From NCBI GenBank assembly GCA_002269645.1, contig NIVC01002184.1, forward strand, positions 131,106 through 195,105: DNA of 64,000 bases, given 5' to 3'. The notes beneath the pieces are model-generated. The model was not told the DNA's origin. It saw only the letters and a list, made by a program, of their open reading frames with translations, and did not search any database. This document shows, piece by piece, positions 31,413 through 44,180 of this stretch (position 1 is the first letter of the stretch; the number at the start of each line of letters is the position of its first letter). Position numbers and translations under genes: made by a program. This DNA is from Macrostomum lignano. Its lineage: Eukaryota.

Positions 31413-34400
31413 ATGAATCAATATCCAAGAAGTGACCACAGCGATGGCAATGGTTTTGAAAATCTTAACAATCGTGAACAAGAGCCAGCCTCACACGGCG
31501 TCATTACCGAGTCAGCACCAGACAATCTGAACGCAAGTGAACAAGAGCCAGCCTCAAACGGCGTCATTACCGAGTCACAACCAGACAATCTGAACGCAAG
31601 TGAACAAGAGCCAGCCTCACACGGTGTCATTACCGAGTCAGCATCAGACAATTTGAACGCAAGTGAACAAGAGCCAGCCTCACACGGTGTCATTACCGAA
31701 TCAGCACCAGACAATCTGAACGCAAGTGAACAAGAGCCAGCCTCAAACAGCGTCACTACCGAGTCACAACCAGACAATCTGAACGCAAGTGAACAAGAGC
31801 CAGCCTCAAACGGCGTCACTACCGAGTCACAACCAGACAATCTGAACGCAAGTGAACAAGAGCCAGCCTCAAACGGCGTCACTACCGAGTCACAACCAGA
31901 CAATCTGAACGCAAGTGAACAAGAGCCAGCCTCAAACGGCGTCACTACCGAGTCACAACCAGCCAATCTGAACGCAAGTGAACAAGAGCCAGCCTCACAC
32001 GGTGTCATTACCGAATCAGCACCAGACAATCTGAACGCAAGTGAACAAGAGCCAGCCTCAAACAGTGTCATTACCGAATCAGCACCAGACAATCTGAACG
32101 CAAGTGAACAAGAGCCAGCCTCAAACGGCGTCACTACCGAGTCAGCACCAGACAATCTGAACGCAAGTGAACAAGAGCCAGCCTCAAACAGTGTCACTAC
32201 CGAGTCAGCACCAGACAATCTGAACGCAAGTGAACAAGAGCCAGCCTCAAACGGCGTCACTACCGAGTCAGCACCAGACAATCTGAACGCAAGTGAACAA
32301 GAGCCAGCGTCAAATTTCATTCAGAAGTCAGTACGAAATAACCTTCCGGATCATGGTGTCACCTTTCAACATTCACCAAAGTTGTCAATTTTTACGGATG
32401 TTCCTACCAAATCATGCGATGTCCTGCCGCCAAGTATAAAGGATGAAAGAACAGAAAAGTCTCTCGATATTTCCGACTCTATATTCGAGCAGTCTCACAT
32501 ACAAAGTACAAACGCTACTGAGAAAAGTAATAATTTGCAAAGAGCCTTTCCTAAGCTGACGCAGATGCTAATGTCTAATCAGCTGGAGCCCCGGATGCAT
32601 CAGCTGGTGCAGGAGTACATCAATACTGAATGGGACACTGACTGGCTATCTGCAGACCTATCGTTCTTCAACACCTACACGGTTGTATTGGTGGATTCAG
32701 GCGAGACTAGGCAAGTTTGTCCTCAATTGCTCAGCTTGCACAGCACCTATTTCAAAGCAGCATTCCAGCATTCTCAATCAACGTGAGTACTGAATTCCTG
32801 AATACTTCTAAGGTACTCAAAGTGTAAACACCTAGTAGAGAGATTTTAATAAAGTTAAGACTACTCTGCACTGTTTTGGGCAACAGCATTTTGAAATTTT
32901 AGACTATGCGCGCTATTCTAAAAGAATGATATTGCCGCCTTGTGGTGTCAAACTACCCACCTCGCTCCAGGACCTTAAACGTCTGTCTGGGCTCAATGGC
33001 ACATCTCGAGCCGCATGTCAGGGCCATCATTGACTCGATAAACAGCCCTGACGATCAGCTGGACATCACAGTGGAGAACTATCTCGAAATTTTTTTAGCC
33101 TCTGACTTTCTCGGATGCAATCAGCTGCAGGACCGCTGTGTGCAGCTTATGAAGTGCGTATTTGCCCACAACGCCGTGGAGTCTCTCAGAGCTTTTCACT
33201 CTCTTTTCAAATACTTTTCTTACGAATCGTTTAAAGTCTGTCTGAAGCCGATACTAAGAAATATTAACAAGCTGAACCATGATGGATATCTGCAGCGCTT
33301 GGAAGTAGATGAGCTGGAATATTTGCTCAAGCACGACATGCTAAACTGCAAGATTGAACTCGACGTAAGCACCTTAATACTTTTAGATTATTGCTTGCTT
33401 AAATCAGTCTCCGTGTGGTTTAGAATCTAAAAAAGCGTGAAACATTTGGCAGGTATTGCGAATAATCGACCGGTGGATGCATTATCGGCGTAAGGTTCCG
33501 GATGCGGAAATCTCACCGCAGCTGGACCGCCTGATGTGCTGCGTCAGATCCAAGAAGTTGACTGGTTGCGAGAAGATTTATTGTCGAAAGAAGTTGCCGC
33601 TGACTACGAAGTCCATTTACAAAGGGCTTATTACAAAAAACGCGGACTCTTTTAGTGACTTCTTTCAGCGTTACAATCGGAAAGTGCATAAAGAGTCCGA
33701 GGAAAGGCAGCCTCACCAAGTGGTTTTGCTGCTTATCTGCTGCTCCATCAACGAGTCAGTAATATCTCAAGGCATTCCCCGAAGCCAGCCGCTTGCCCAT
33801 TGCATGTACGTCAATCCCTACAATGGAAAGCTACTGGATGGCCCGCCAGATGGTCGAAAGTGAGTTTAGTTTTCCACTCGAATCTTCCATTTTTTATCAA
33901 GGGAATTCTAGGTCATTTCTCATTTAGATTGTACTCGTAAAGTAACTTTTTTTAATTTGCGAGCGTGCATGAGCTTTTCGGATTTGCATTATTTTTCATA
34001 AGTGAGCTTTATATGCACGAGCTCATTATAGCTGCGGCGTAGCTGTACTCGTACTTTTGCTTTCTGGCTTGTCAAGCAGTTGCATAAGAAGGCTTTGCAG
34101 CTTCCCTCATCATTCAACCCCAAGAACAGACAGGGATGTCAGGACCATAAAGTTAAATTTTATTGTCAAATCGAAAACAGTAGTAGCAGAGCGTTTTACA
34201 TGCAATAACAACATCAAACGACGATCGTCACGATCATGGTAGACGCGCTATCCATGCTTCGCTCGCTTCCACCGACGATTGGAAGACAATTAAGTCACGC
34301 AGTAACAACAGTCAGGACGCGGGACAGCAACCGCAGCAGCCTTCGCCACCAGAGCAACACAAACTGGCCCCAGAGCAGGCGGGCTTTCGCCAGGGCAGGA

Positions 34401-37400
34401 GCACCGAAGAGGTCCTCGCCCACACCTGCCAATCGATTTTTGATGGTTTTGAGGAACAACCAGCGAAACGCTCTGCCATATACCTACTCGACTTCAGCAA
34501 GGCCTATGACAGAGTATGGCGCGCTGCTCTGACTGTTAAGCTATACGAGCTCACGGTACCTGCTAGATTCATCCTCTGGGTGCACAAATTCCTCAGAGAC
34601 CGCCGCGCCAGGGTGAAATGGCAACAAACTATCAGCAGGGAAAGAGTCCTCGAAGAGGGCTTCCACAAGGAAGCGTCATCGCCCCCACCCTGTGGACTAC
34701 GTACGTCAACGACCTGCCGACGACCATAAAAAGGGCTAGCCCTGATTGTAAAATTAACCTATACGCCGACGACAGCTCACTGTTAGCCACCAGCAGGAAG
34801 CTAACGGACTGCGCCGACATCCTGCAACCAGCCATTGTTGCGGCCGCCGAATGGTGTAAGCGGTGGAAGGTCACCCTCAGCACCGAGAAATGCATCTACT
34901 CGACCTTCACTCTCTCGCCACAAGAGAACAACGGCAAAGTCCGACTCAACCTGCACATTAACGGAGCCGAACTTAAATACGATCCGCACCCCCGACTCCT
35001 AGGCCTGACCCTTGACGATCAGCTAGCTAACCTTCAACAAGCATGGAGCCGAGGTAAAGGCCCGCATGGCCCGGCGCAGAGGCGCACTCACGGCCATTGC
35101 CCACCGCAACAGTGGAGCGGACCAAAACATCCTCCGCTCGGCCTATATCACCACTATCAGAGCGTGTGCAGACTACGGAAGCGGTATATGGCTAACCGGA
35201 GCAGCGCCTAGCACGCGACGCATGATCGAACAACAGCAGTCGATATGCGCGCGGATGATCACAGGCTGCTGCAGTACTACCCGCAACGAGACCACGCTCA
35301 ACATCGCCAGGCTCCCCCCGATCGGCTCGATCGCCATAGAACGCGCGGCAATGCTTCGCGAGCGCATTCTTCGTCTCCCGCCGGACTGCCCGGCAGTGGA
35401 TACCGCCGCCCGCTCGACGAGAGCCCGCCTAAAAAACCGAAGCTATGACCCGCAAGACGAACCGGGAAGCGGAATAGGAGCCCGAGACCGAGAACGGCCA
35501 CACCGCGGATGCTGGAGGAGGGCCGCACGAGAACTCCCTGTTGTAGCGACGCTCGATGAAATGGCGCGCGAGCAGATCATCATCGCCGCCCCCTGGGAAA
35601 GCGACACCAGCGCGGAAGTTATCTTCGACACAACGGCGAGTATGGTCAACCGCAAAGCCCCGGCAGAAGAACGCGCCAGAGCGGCCGACGCGGTCCTCAG
35701 AGCGGCCCAAGAGCTCGAGATCACGGCCTGGACGGACGGCTCCGCCAACGAAGGCTGCACCCACGGAGGGGGAGCGGCCGTGATCCACTACAATGGTACC
35801 ACTACTGAGCACCTAGCACCGGCCGGGACATACTGCAGCAGCTACCAAGCAGAAATGACTGCTATCGCAACCGCCCTTCGTGCCTCGTTGGAGCTACACG
35901 CCGCCGCCAACAGTATAGCCATCCTCACAGACAGCCTCAGCGCCCTGTCGGCACTGGCCCGCGGCCCGGCCAGCCAGCGTAATGCTGCCGGGCATGCCTG
36001 CTGGGACACCATCGCGAGAGCCACCTACTCCAAGGTCTACTTCGGATGGGTACCTGGCCACTGCCAGATTGCCGGCAACGAAGCGGCCGACAGAGCGGCG
36101 GCTATGGCAGCTACCCTTCCGCAGAGCGAAGCAGCCATCACGTTAGACTCCGCGAGGGCTGCTATCCGCCGCGATCGCCGACGCCGCGACGCAGAGCCTA
36201 CCAACCAGCCGTCACCCACCGACACCACCCGCAATCGACGCGAGCAGGTGTTGGTTAATCAACTCAGAGCGGGCGTCTCCACCATCTGCGCCACCACCCG
36301 CCAACGTCTTGGTCTCCAAGAGGACGACAAGTGTAGTGACTGCGGCGCGGTGGACACGGCCGACCACCTCCTCCGCCGCTGCCCAAGAGGTGACGCCGCT
36401 AGAGCCCGCTACTTCGGCGTCGAGGACCCCCTATCGGCGCTGACAGGCCGGATCATCGCGTTCGTACGTGCTGTGGGGCGCCTGAGCCCCCGCCAATATT
36501 GACGCCGAAGCGTCAACGGCGTGCCGGGAAACAGAAGAAGAAGAAGAAGAAGCCTTCGCCACTTCATCTGCAACGTTCGACTGACTCCACATCCGACTAC
36601 TAACTAATGCCAAGGCCGGCAGCAATCCGCTCGTCGCTCCACGCTCCAGACTTAGGCGGCAATTGCACAGGTTCTGCTGATCCAGCAACAGCGGCTGCAA
36701 GATTTCACCAAGCCATTCTACTAATTCGCGTTGCACTGATTTGCAATGCTCGCCTCATTCGCTTAAAATTCTCAACAAAATACAGCTCCACCATTTATGC
36801 GTGTATGAAGTAACCTTATCCCGAACCTCAATGTATGTATGGAGGTTAGGATTAGGGTTAGAAACGGCCTTTCTTTACCGCATCGACCACTCTGTCATTA
36901 TCGACGTTAATACATTTGAAGCACTTCGATGCTTTGCTCTCAGCAAGTCACGAGCCCTCGACTCATGCTAACCCAACGCCAACGAGCTGCCAAGGTCTGC
37001 CCGTGTCCTTCAATCCAACTGTGCCAACGCCCAGGAGAAGAAAAATGCTCCTCTCGGCGCCTCCTTTCTATCCACTGCGGCTTTGCATCCGATCTAGACA
37101 GGTTATCGAGAACTAAAAAAAACGTTTTTCTTCTGGCCACAAGCCAGCCGTCTGTCAGAACCGTCTGTACATGTAGATTGTAGACGATCTATAAAGTCGT
37201 ACCCTGCTTGAACTCTAGTCAAAGATCACGCTGCCATGGATTTGTCCCAGCTTCAGTGCCATCTGGATTTCAAGGTTAAGACACTACAAGCTGCCTGGAA
37301 CGCGTCAACCAAATGTGATACCGGCCTGAGCATCATCATACCGGCTGCAAACACAACCAAGTACGTACTACCACTTTGCAATGGAAAGATTGTTTGTCGA

Positions 37401-39611
37401 CGCTTCCACCACGAGCGTCCCACTTCTGCCAACCGCCCTACTAACCCTTGTGTGGAAGATGTGGGACCTTATTGGGACACCACCGACTACCGCATCGCCC
37501 TCAAGACACCTCACCTACCACGACGTGACGAGCCGATCCGCACCAAGTTATGTCGAAGTGTCAACACCCTCTAAGGCATACTCATCGCTTGACTCCCCTT
37601 GAAAGACTTTTAAAGACTTCCTTGACTCTTATAGCAGTTATCGTTTAGCCCACTTTTCATGTGAGCTTATGGGACTCTTGAAACAATCGTGACAAAGGAA
37701 GAACGATACAAGCGTAAGCTCCAACGACGGGAAGCAACCGCGACAGCAACCTCGCTCTCCAAGCAAATATAAGCCAGAAGCGAGAGCTCTTTTTCCTTAC
37801 TACAACATGCGCACATAACATACGAGTACTTTGATATAATCTGTAGTTCATCATCAACTCGAAAGGTGGAAACACGTTCAAGTGAAAGCATTAGAGGAGC
37901 GAACGTACGAGCCTACTGCGATCATTCGATAATTGCACTTTAATTCAATGAAATATGATTGTATTGCTATTCGGGTGATAATTGATTGCGCACATACAAG
38001 ATTTTCATTTTTAGTATATAGGAAATCAGTATCTTTCTAATCCGATTTTGCCAATGCTAAAGCTACAGTGTAAACATCTTTTCATGCTATTTCTTGTATT
38101 TTTTATCACTCGTACCTCGCCTAAATTTAGCTCGCAACATAACAATAGTGGGGCTTGTAATTGCGACTAACTGCACATCATGTAGGCAACTATTGTTCTG
38201 TCTGACAAATATAATGCTCAGCTTGCTACTTTGCTCGATCTCCTCTCATCTTGACCTATGATCAGGGTGAGTCACGTGGTCGACCCAGAGTTCGTGTTGG
38301 TGCCCTACCATCTCAGGGAAAAAGGATCTCGAGCGAAAATCTTCTGCGTAGCCGCTGGCAACAATATTTACGTGGTCGGCGGCATCTGGGCCTTAAATAT
38401 ACAGCGAAAGGTGCTGCGCTTCGACCGCCAGGAGCCCCAGCTGGGCTGGAGAGTGTGCTCGCAGCTCAACGAGGCTCGAATTGGTCACTGCTGCGCAGTG
38501 GTGCAGGGCTACCTCTACGCAATCGGAGGATGCAGTAGTAATCAAACCGAACTAGCAAGCGTCGAGAGATTCCCTATTGATAAAAACTCGAACAGATGGT
38601 CCCTGGTGGAGCAGATGCTGTATATGCGAAAGGACGCCGCGGCGGTGGAGCATCGAGGACGCGTATTTGTCGTTGGCGGCATCGCCGGCCTGGAAAAGCA
38701 TGACACGGCCGAGATCTACTGTCCGATGAGCAACGCGTGGACGCTCGTGCCCTCCAGAATGTCAAAGCCGCGCTGCCTACTGGGCGCTGTTGTGATTGGC
38801 CAGTCTGTGTACGTGGTGGGCGGCAAGTACCACTCCGAATGCTTGCGGTCGGTCGAGCGCTGGCAGGAGGGCAGCGGCTGGCATCGACTCAGTCAAAAGG
38901 TGCGCCTATTGCAGAGGGAGTCCCCATTAAAACGCGAATAGCATAAACTTAGCGAAAGAAAGATTAAGGGCAGTAAACCAAGCGTACAAGTCATTTTACC
39001 TAAACTGTCGTATATTGTTTGTTACGCGCACTGAGTCCTTTCTGGCCGGCGTCCTTGCTGGCAAGCCTCCAAGATCTGGGGCTCCAGGACGCTGATGCAC
39101 CAGTCACCTTGAGCTATATGTAGGTGCCTGGAAGCCTACTGTCTGTAAGCCTCTTCTTGACGGCATCTTGATCTGCGTCACGGCCTCAGGCTGAAACTGG
39201 GTTTCCCAGTTTACCACCTGTAACTACCTGACTGGGTTAGATTTTAGGTTACGGTTTAGCTTGAGACTAAGGTTGGAAGTCAATTTTTGACTGTGAAATT
39301 TAGATAGGCAAAGTTAGTGTACCTGGCCCTTCAAGCTGAATTCCGAACGTTTATCCCTGACACAGATGAACCGAGACATTTGCTCATTGGGCTGCGTGGC
39401 CGTCGATGAGAGAATTCTCATGTTCGGCGGGCTCGATTCTTTCAATACCAAAATAGACCGCATCAATTTCTTGGACATCGAGGACGCAGCTGCCGGCTCT
39501 GGCAAGCTGTTGGATGCGCGCCGGAAGGCGCTGAAGCAGCGCTTTTCAGACCAGCTGATCCCCGGAGATGTGCAGGGACTGTCGGCCTGCGTTCTGGACT
39601 TTGACTTTTAG
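31413..39611 (+). CDS. BTB-BACK-Kelch (KLHL-like) protein, paralog 2, with N-terminal 21-aa tandem repeat
   Basis: Exons 31413..32782 (AC|gtgagt), 32971..33364, 33453..33859 (AA|gtgagt), 38266..38899, 39366..39611; phases 2,0,2,0 are consistent. WLSADLSFFNT matches paralog 1 WMTADLSFLNT; ITVENYLEIFLASDFLGC; Kelch YVVGGI, YAIGGC, FVVGGI, YVVGGK, LMFGGL. Exon 2 is 394 nt in both paralogs. Confidence 0.88.
31476..32312 (+). repeat. Coding 63-bp (21-aa) minisatellite, about 13.5 units
   Basis: Unit DNLNASEQEPAS(N/H)(G/S)V(T/I)TES(A/Q)P; EQEPAS occurs 14 times and the frame is open throughout. Confidence 0.97.
34350..36550 (+). mobile_element. 5'-truncated non-LTR retrotransposon (I-group-like: RT + RNase H + CCHC), frameshifted, in intron 3 of Kelch paralog 2
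   Basis: RT motifs EQAGFRQGRST, LDFSKAYDRV, GLPQGSVIAP, LYADD; RNase H AWTDGS, SSYQAEMTAI, LTDSLSAL, WVPGHCQIAGNEAAD; CSDC...HLLRRC. (GAA)n tail at ~36533..36552. Direct repeat agccttcgccac at 34338..34349 and 36551..36562 (TSD). Frameshifts near 34655 (short G run) and 35025 (gcta duplication). Confidence 0.95.
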
Positions 39612-39892
39612 GCTGGTCAAACAGTGCCGAACGTTTTTGATGCGATAATTTTATATATTTTGTTTTAATATTGCTTTTCAACGGACACCGAGTGCATCTG
39701 GCATTTTGTACTGTACTGTAATGCCAAATATTATTCAAGTGTATTATAGGCTTCCAAAATTATAAATGTAGACTGGGTCTTCCAGGCTAACCTTCCGAGC
39801 AAAAGGGATTTTATGTGCAATAAGAAATTATAATGTATTAAAAAATCAGCCTACATCAAGTTATGTGCGTATGCGTTTGCAAGCTCAATACC

Positions 39893-40055
39893 TGAGTCTG
39901 CTTGCCTACCCTCTTGAGTCTGCTTGCCTACCCTCTTGAGTCTGCTTGCCTACCCTCTTGAGTCTGCTTGCCTACCCTCTTGAGTCTGCTTGCCTACCCT
40001 CTTGAGTCTGCTTGCCTACCCTCTTGAGTCTGCTTGCCTACCCTCTTGAATCTGC
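39893..40055. repeat. 22-bp minisatellite (cttgagtctgcttgcctaccct), about 7 units
   Basis: Directly visible. Confidence 0.95.
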
Positions 40056-40949
40056 ATCCCTATTCTTCTCTCTCACTCAGGACCACCATGGTATAACGTG
40101 ACGTAAAACTCAAAGATCGCGTAATTAATTCAGCGGCAGATTTCCTGGAGAAATACACTGCGAAGATATAAGAAAACATATTTTTTCTATCACATAATCC
40201 GTGATCTGGGGGCAGTGAAGATTTTACTGTTCTATTAATTTTAAGCATGCATATCATGTTACTCTGTAATATTTTATGTAGCTGTTTAGTAAAAGCTTCA
40301 TTTTCATATTGTTTTCCTTTTACTTCATAATAAGCCAAATGCATGCATGTAGGAACTAATAAGTGTTGAAATGGAATTATAGCCACAAAAATGGTTTTAC
40401 AGTGCCCTGAATGCAATATTTTTATTCTAAATATTCTTGATTGAAGAAGGAATAAAAGATTGTGATAATTCCTTCCACTTTGTGAGTATTCACAGCAATC
40501 ACTGATTATATGATGAAACATGGCCTCCAAAACTAACGCGGGAAATAATTGGCAATAAAAACGATTGCCTCACTACTGCCAGTAAGTTCAGTCAGGAGAT
40601 ATAAAGTTCTTTGGGGCGCCGTTCTTTTTATAACGGGGATTATATCCGATAAAAATCAGAATCTGGGTTCAAATTCTGCTAATAAAATCTGCTGGATAAG
40701 CGAACAGAACTGAGCCGTGTCCTGGTTGTCTAACTAGACCAGTGCTGCATTATAATTAGTTACTTTCGGCTCGTCTGCTTCTCTCTCTCTCTCTCTCTGT
40801 GTATCAAACCAAAGGTGAAAAAAGTAAAGTTGCGCCTACTTTCAAGCTTAAAGGCTGCACTAACAATGACGAATCTCTGGTGCATCATACTCTCTTACCC
40901 CTGCCTCATCTCATGCCTCACCTCTGCCTCTGTCTATTCTCCTTGAACT

Positions 40950-41118
40950 TTTGTCTACTCTCCCTCTCTTCACTGTGTCTAGTCTCCAACCCTTCACTGT
41001 GTCTACTCTCCCTCTCTTCACTGTGTCTACTCTCCCTCTCTTCACTGTGTCTACTCTCCCTCTCTTCACTGTGTCTACTCTCCCTCTCTTCACTGTGTCT
41101 ACTCTCCCTCTCTTCACA
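40950..41118. repeat. 24-bp minisatellite (ctactctccctctcttcactgtgt)
   Basis: Directly visible; gives the STLPLFTV/VKRGRVDT ORF repeats. Confidence 0.92.
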
Positions 41119-41749
41119 CCACTCTCCATCTCTTTACCCCGCCTGCCCGCACCGCGCTGTCCCGACATCCCGGCACTTGACTCTCCATTTCTGCTGCATG
41201 TTACCCACAGGTCACTCGAGACGGGCACGGCGTGGAATCTCTACCTGCACAAATGCCGGCTGTCCACTGCTTCCCGCCCTCTTCCCTCTCTTACCTGTCT
41301 GTTACCCGCAAGTAGGAGAAGTCGCAGGCCTGCACAAGAAAGCAGTTCCCACTGCAACCTGTCCGAAAGAGAAAAAATTCTAAAAGCCAAGACAAATCTT
41401 CCGGCCCTCTTGAGAGCAAATGCAGCTCAGACTGCAAGAAAGAGCACTCAAAGCCGCTGCTTGCACACTGTAATCTGCAGCGGACAAGAGTACTTGAGTA
41501 CTTACGAGCCTGTATTGCCTGCCTCCTGGCACACAAAGAAGGACACGCGGTGAAAAAACACCGGAGACGTTGATTTCTCCACTCAGCTCAAGTCTGATTT
41601 TCCACCGGCTCGGGACCCGCTAGCAATGCTAAAAGGCATTGTTCGACCCGGAAATTGCATGCCCAGCCGCCTGAGTCTCTCAAAAAGAAAGATGCTTATC
41701 TCTCTCATCTGTGACTGATCACTGCTTGGGGACTGAGTCTGCACCCCAT

Positions 41750-42212
41750 CACTCCCAGTCTCCGCCCCTCTATCAACTGAGCTCATTCTAAGTCTGCGCC
41801 TCATCACTCCCAGTCTCCGCCCCTCTATCAACTGAGCTCATTCTAAGTCTGCGCCTCATCACTCCCAGTCTCCGCCCCTCCTTGAGCCGAGCTCATTCTG
41901 AGTCTTCGCCTCATCATTCCCAGTCTCCGCCCCTTTATGAACTGAGCTCAATCTTGGTCTTCGCCTCATCATTCCCAGTCTCCGCCCATCTGTGAGCTGA
42001 GCTCATTCTTAGTCTTCGCCTCATCATTCCCAGTCTCTGCCCCTCTGTGAGCTGAGCTCATTCTGAGTCTGCGCCTCATCATTCCCTGTCTCCGCCCCTC
42101 TGTGAACTGAGCTCATTCTTAGTCTTCGCCTCATCATTCCCAGTCTCTGCCCCTCTGTGAACTGAGCTCATTCTTAGTCTGCGACTCATCACTCCCAGTC
42201 TCCGCCCCTCTC
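41750..42212. repeat. 55-bp minisatellite, about 8 units
   Basis: tccgcccctc recurs at 41761, 41816, 41871 and onward. Confidence 0.92.
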
Positions 42213-42721
42213 TGAGCTTGTAGGTCAGTATCCCGCCCCCTCAGTCTGAGAAGCAGCCCTAGAGCTCAGATGCAATCAGTTGAGTAGGGGAGGGGGGGCG
42301 GTCATTCAGCCATCTTTTCAAGGCTGTTTCTCATCCCGCTCCCCTTCCACAGCAGGCCCAAAGCATATCGGCATGTTTGATGAAAGCAACCTTTGCTGCA
42401 CATCAGCTTAACATAAATACCGGAGCCTGTTGTGGCCTTGCAGCCCCTCATTGGCTTCAATGAGTTGGTACGGGCGTAGCTTTAACTGACAGGCGTGGAG
42501 GGGAGAGGTTGGCGGGGATTAAGCAGATTTACGCAGATCAAGTCTTGGCTTTTTTCTCGGGTCTGAAAACTGGACGAGTTCCTGAGAGCAGTGATTTGCG
42601 ATGCCCCGCGCATGATCAGCGGTGTTGCATTTTTTGTGCGAGGCTGAGGGCGCGGAGTTGGCCCCCAAATTACCACTCGTGCCTTCTGCTCAGTTACTGG
42701 GTTAGGGCGGGGCAGAGGCAA

Positions 42722-42796
<75 letters not shown>
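42722..42796. repeat. (GACA)n microsatellite
   Basis: Directly visible. Confidence 0.97.
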
Positions 42797-43411
42797 CGCA
42801 CGCACATAAACAAGCTGTTTACGAAAGTAAAATGAAAGTAGGTTAATCTTCAATTCTGGCAGCAACTGCGAGTCTTTCATCACTGCTCCGCACAGTGTTT
42901 AATTAAAACACGGAGAGGATAAGCTTATCCAAAACCGCAGGGTTTTTTAGCTAATTCTCTGAAATCCGCAAGTGAAGCAGGCAGCCTTCACAAAAACTAC
43001 AGTGGCTGAAACAAGCAGTTCGTGAATTACTATAGCTTGTGTATAAACCGATCCAGTTAGTGAGAGAAAAGACAACAGATCAAAAAGTGTGCCGCACTGT
43101 CCGCACTCAGGTGACATCAATATTGAGGGGTACTGGAACACACAGAACGAATTCCATAGGTGATAGGTAGGGTTTGCTAAAACTACACCATCTTTGTTAA
43201 ACATCAAAAACCGAACAGAAACGCGCAGTAGCCATTGTGCAGCGGCATGCGTTCAAAAAGAACTAGGAAAACAGAAGCTGCGCATTGAAATTGGCCGAAA
43301 CTTGTCTTTTCAGGTGCGCTAACTTGTCATCTACTGCCAGGGAAAAACAGATTTAGGGAGAAAAACTGCTTGGTTTTGGAGGAGGTGATACTGAAACAAT
43401 TAACACTGATA

Positions 43412-43824
43412 GTAACAGGATCTGACACTGCGACAGATAGCGGACCAAGGACCACTGACAGCAACAGGATCTGACACTGCGACAGATAGCGAACCAAGGA
43501 CCACTGATAGCAACAGGATCTGACACTGCGACAGATAGCGGACCAAGGACCACTGACAGCAACAGGATCTGACACTGCGACAGATAGCGGACCAAGGACC
43601 ACTGACAGCAACAGGATCTGACACTGCGACAGATAGCGGACCAAGGACCACTGACAGCAACAGGATCTGACACTGCGACAGATAGCGGACCAAGGACCAC
43701 TGATAGCAACAGGATCTGACACTGCGACAGATAGCGGACCAAGGACCACTGATAGCAACAGGATCTGACACTGCGACAGATAGCGGACCAAGGACCACTG
43801 ATAGCAACAGGATCTGACACTGCG
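43412..43824. repeat. 49-bp minisatellite, about 8.5 units
   Basis: aacaggatctgacactgcgacagatagcggaccaaggaccactga(t/c)agc, starts at 43414 and 43463. Confidence 0.96.
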
Positions 43825-44180
43825 CAAATATACAAGATTGACTTTTTATGAATCAAATTTCTCAGCAAAATGCTATTGTGTTCCATGTTTGCCTGGAAGC
43901 TTGGCTATTGGAAACCGGAATTATTTCAGTCAGTTCCGGTTGTTTCAGATCATTTCCATTTTGTTTCCGGTCTCCTTTTATGCTTAGATAAGTCAGCCCC
44001 AATTTATTGTGAACTCGTACAGAATCGAACCTAAGTTCTGTGGCGCGGAAGTCAGTTGCGGAGGTGGAGTGAATGCATTTTGAAGCGAAGTTGTATCTAA
44101 AAAAATCTACATGATTTTGAATTTGTGTCCTACTATGCGTCCTTGTGAACTGTTCGCTCTGAACTGCCAGACTCGGCTGC

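Noticed and set aside
31418-32320. 300-aa antisense ORF over the 63-bp repeat
   Set aside because: Automatic consequence of a stop-free unit whose length is a multiple of 3; the sense frame continues into the BTB domain.
36431-36736. Minus-strand ORF QRELVEWLGEILQPLL resembling a calponin-homology or Penelope RT helix, interrupted by the LINE
   Set aside because: Only one short helix-like match; the reconstructed empty site gives no extended homology or splice structure.
40060-40530. 156-aa AT-rich minus-strand ORF
   Set aside because: Lacks the GC3 bias of all real exons here and has no recognisable motif.
39893-43824. Regularly spaced 22-, 49- and 55-bp repeats as a possible CRISPR array
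   Set aside because: Head-to-tail units with no unique spacers, no cas genes and a eukaryotic context.
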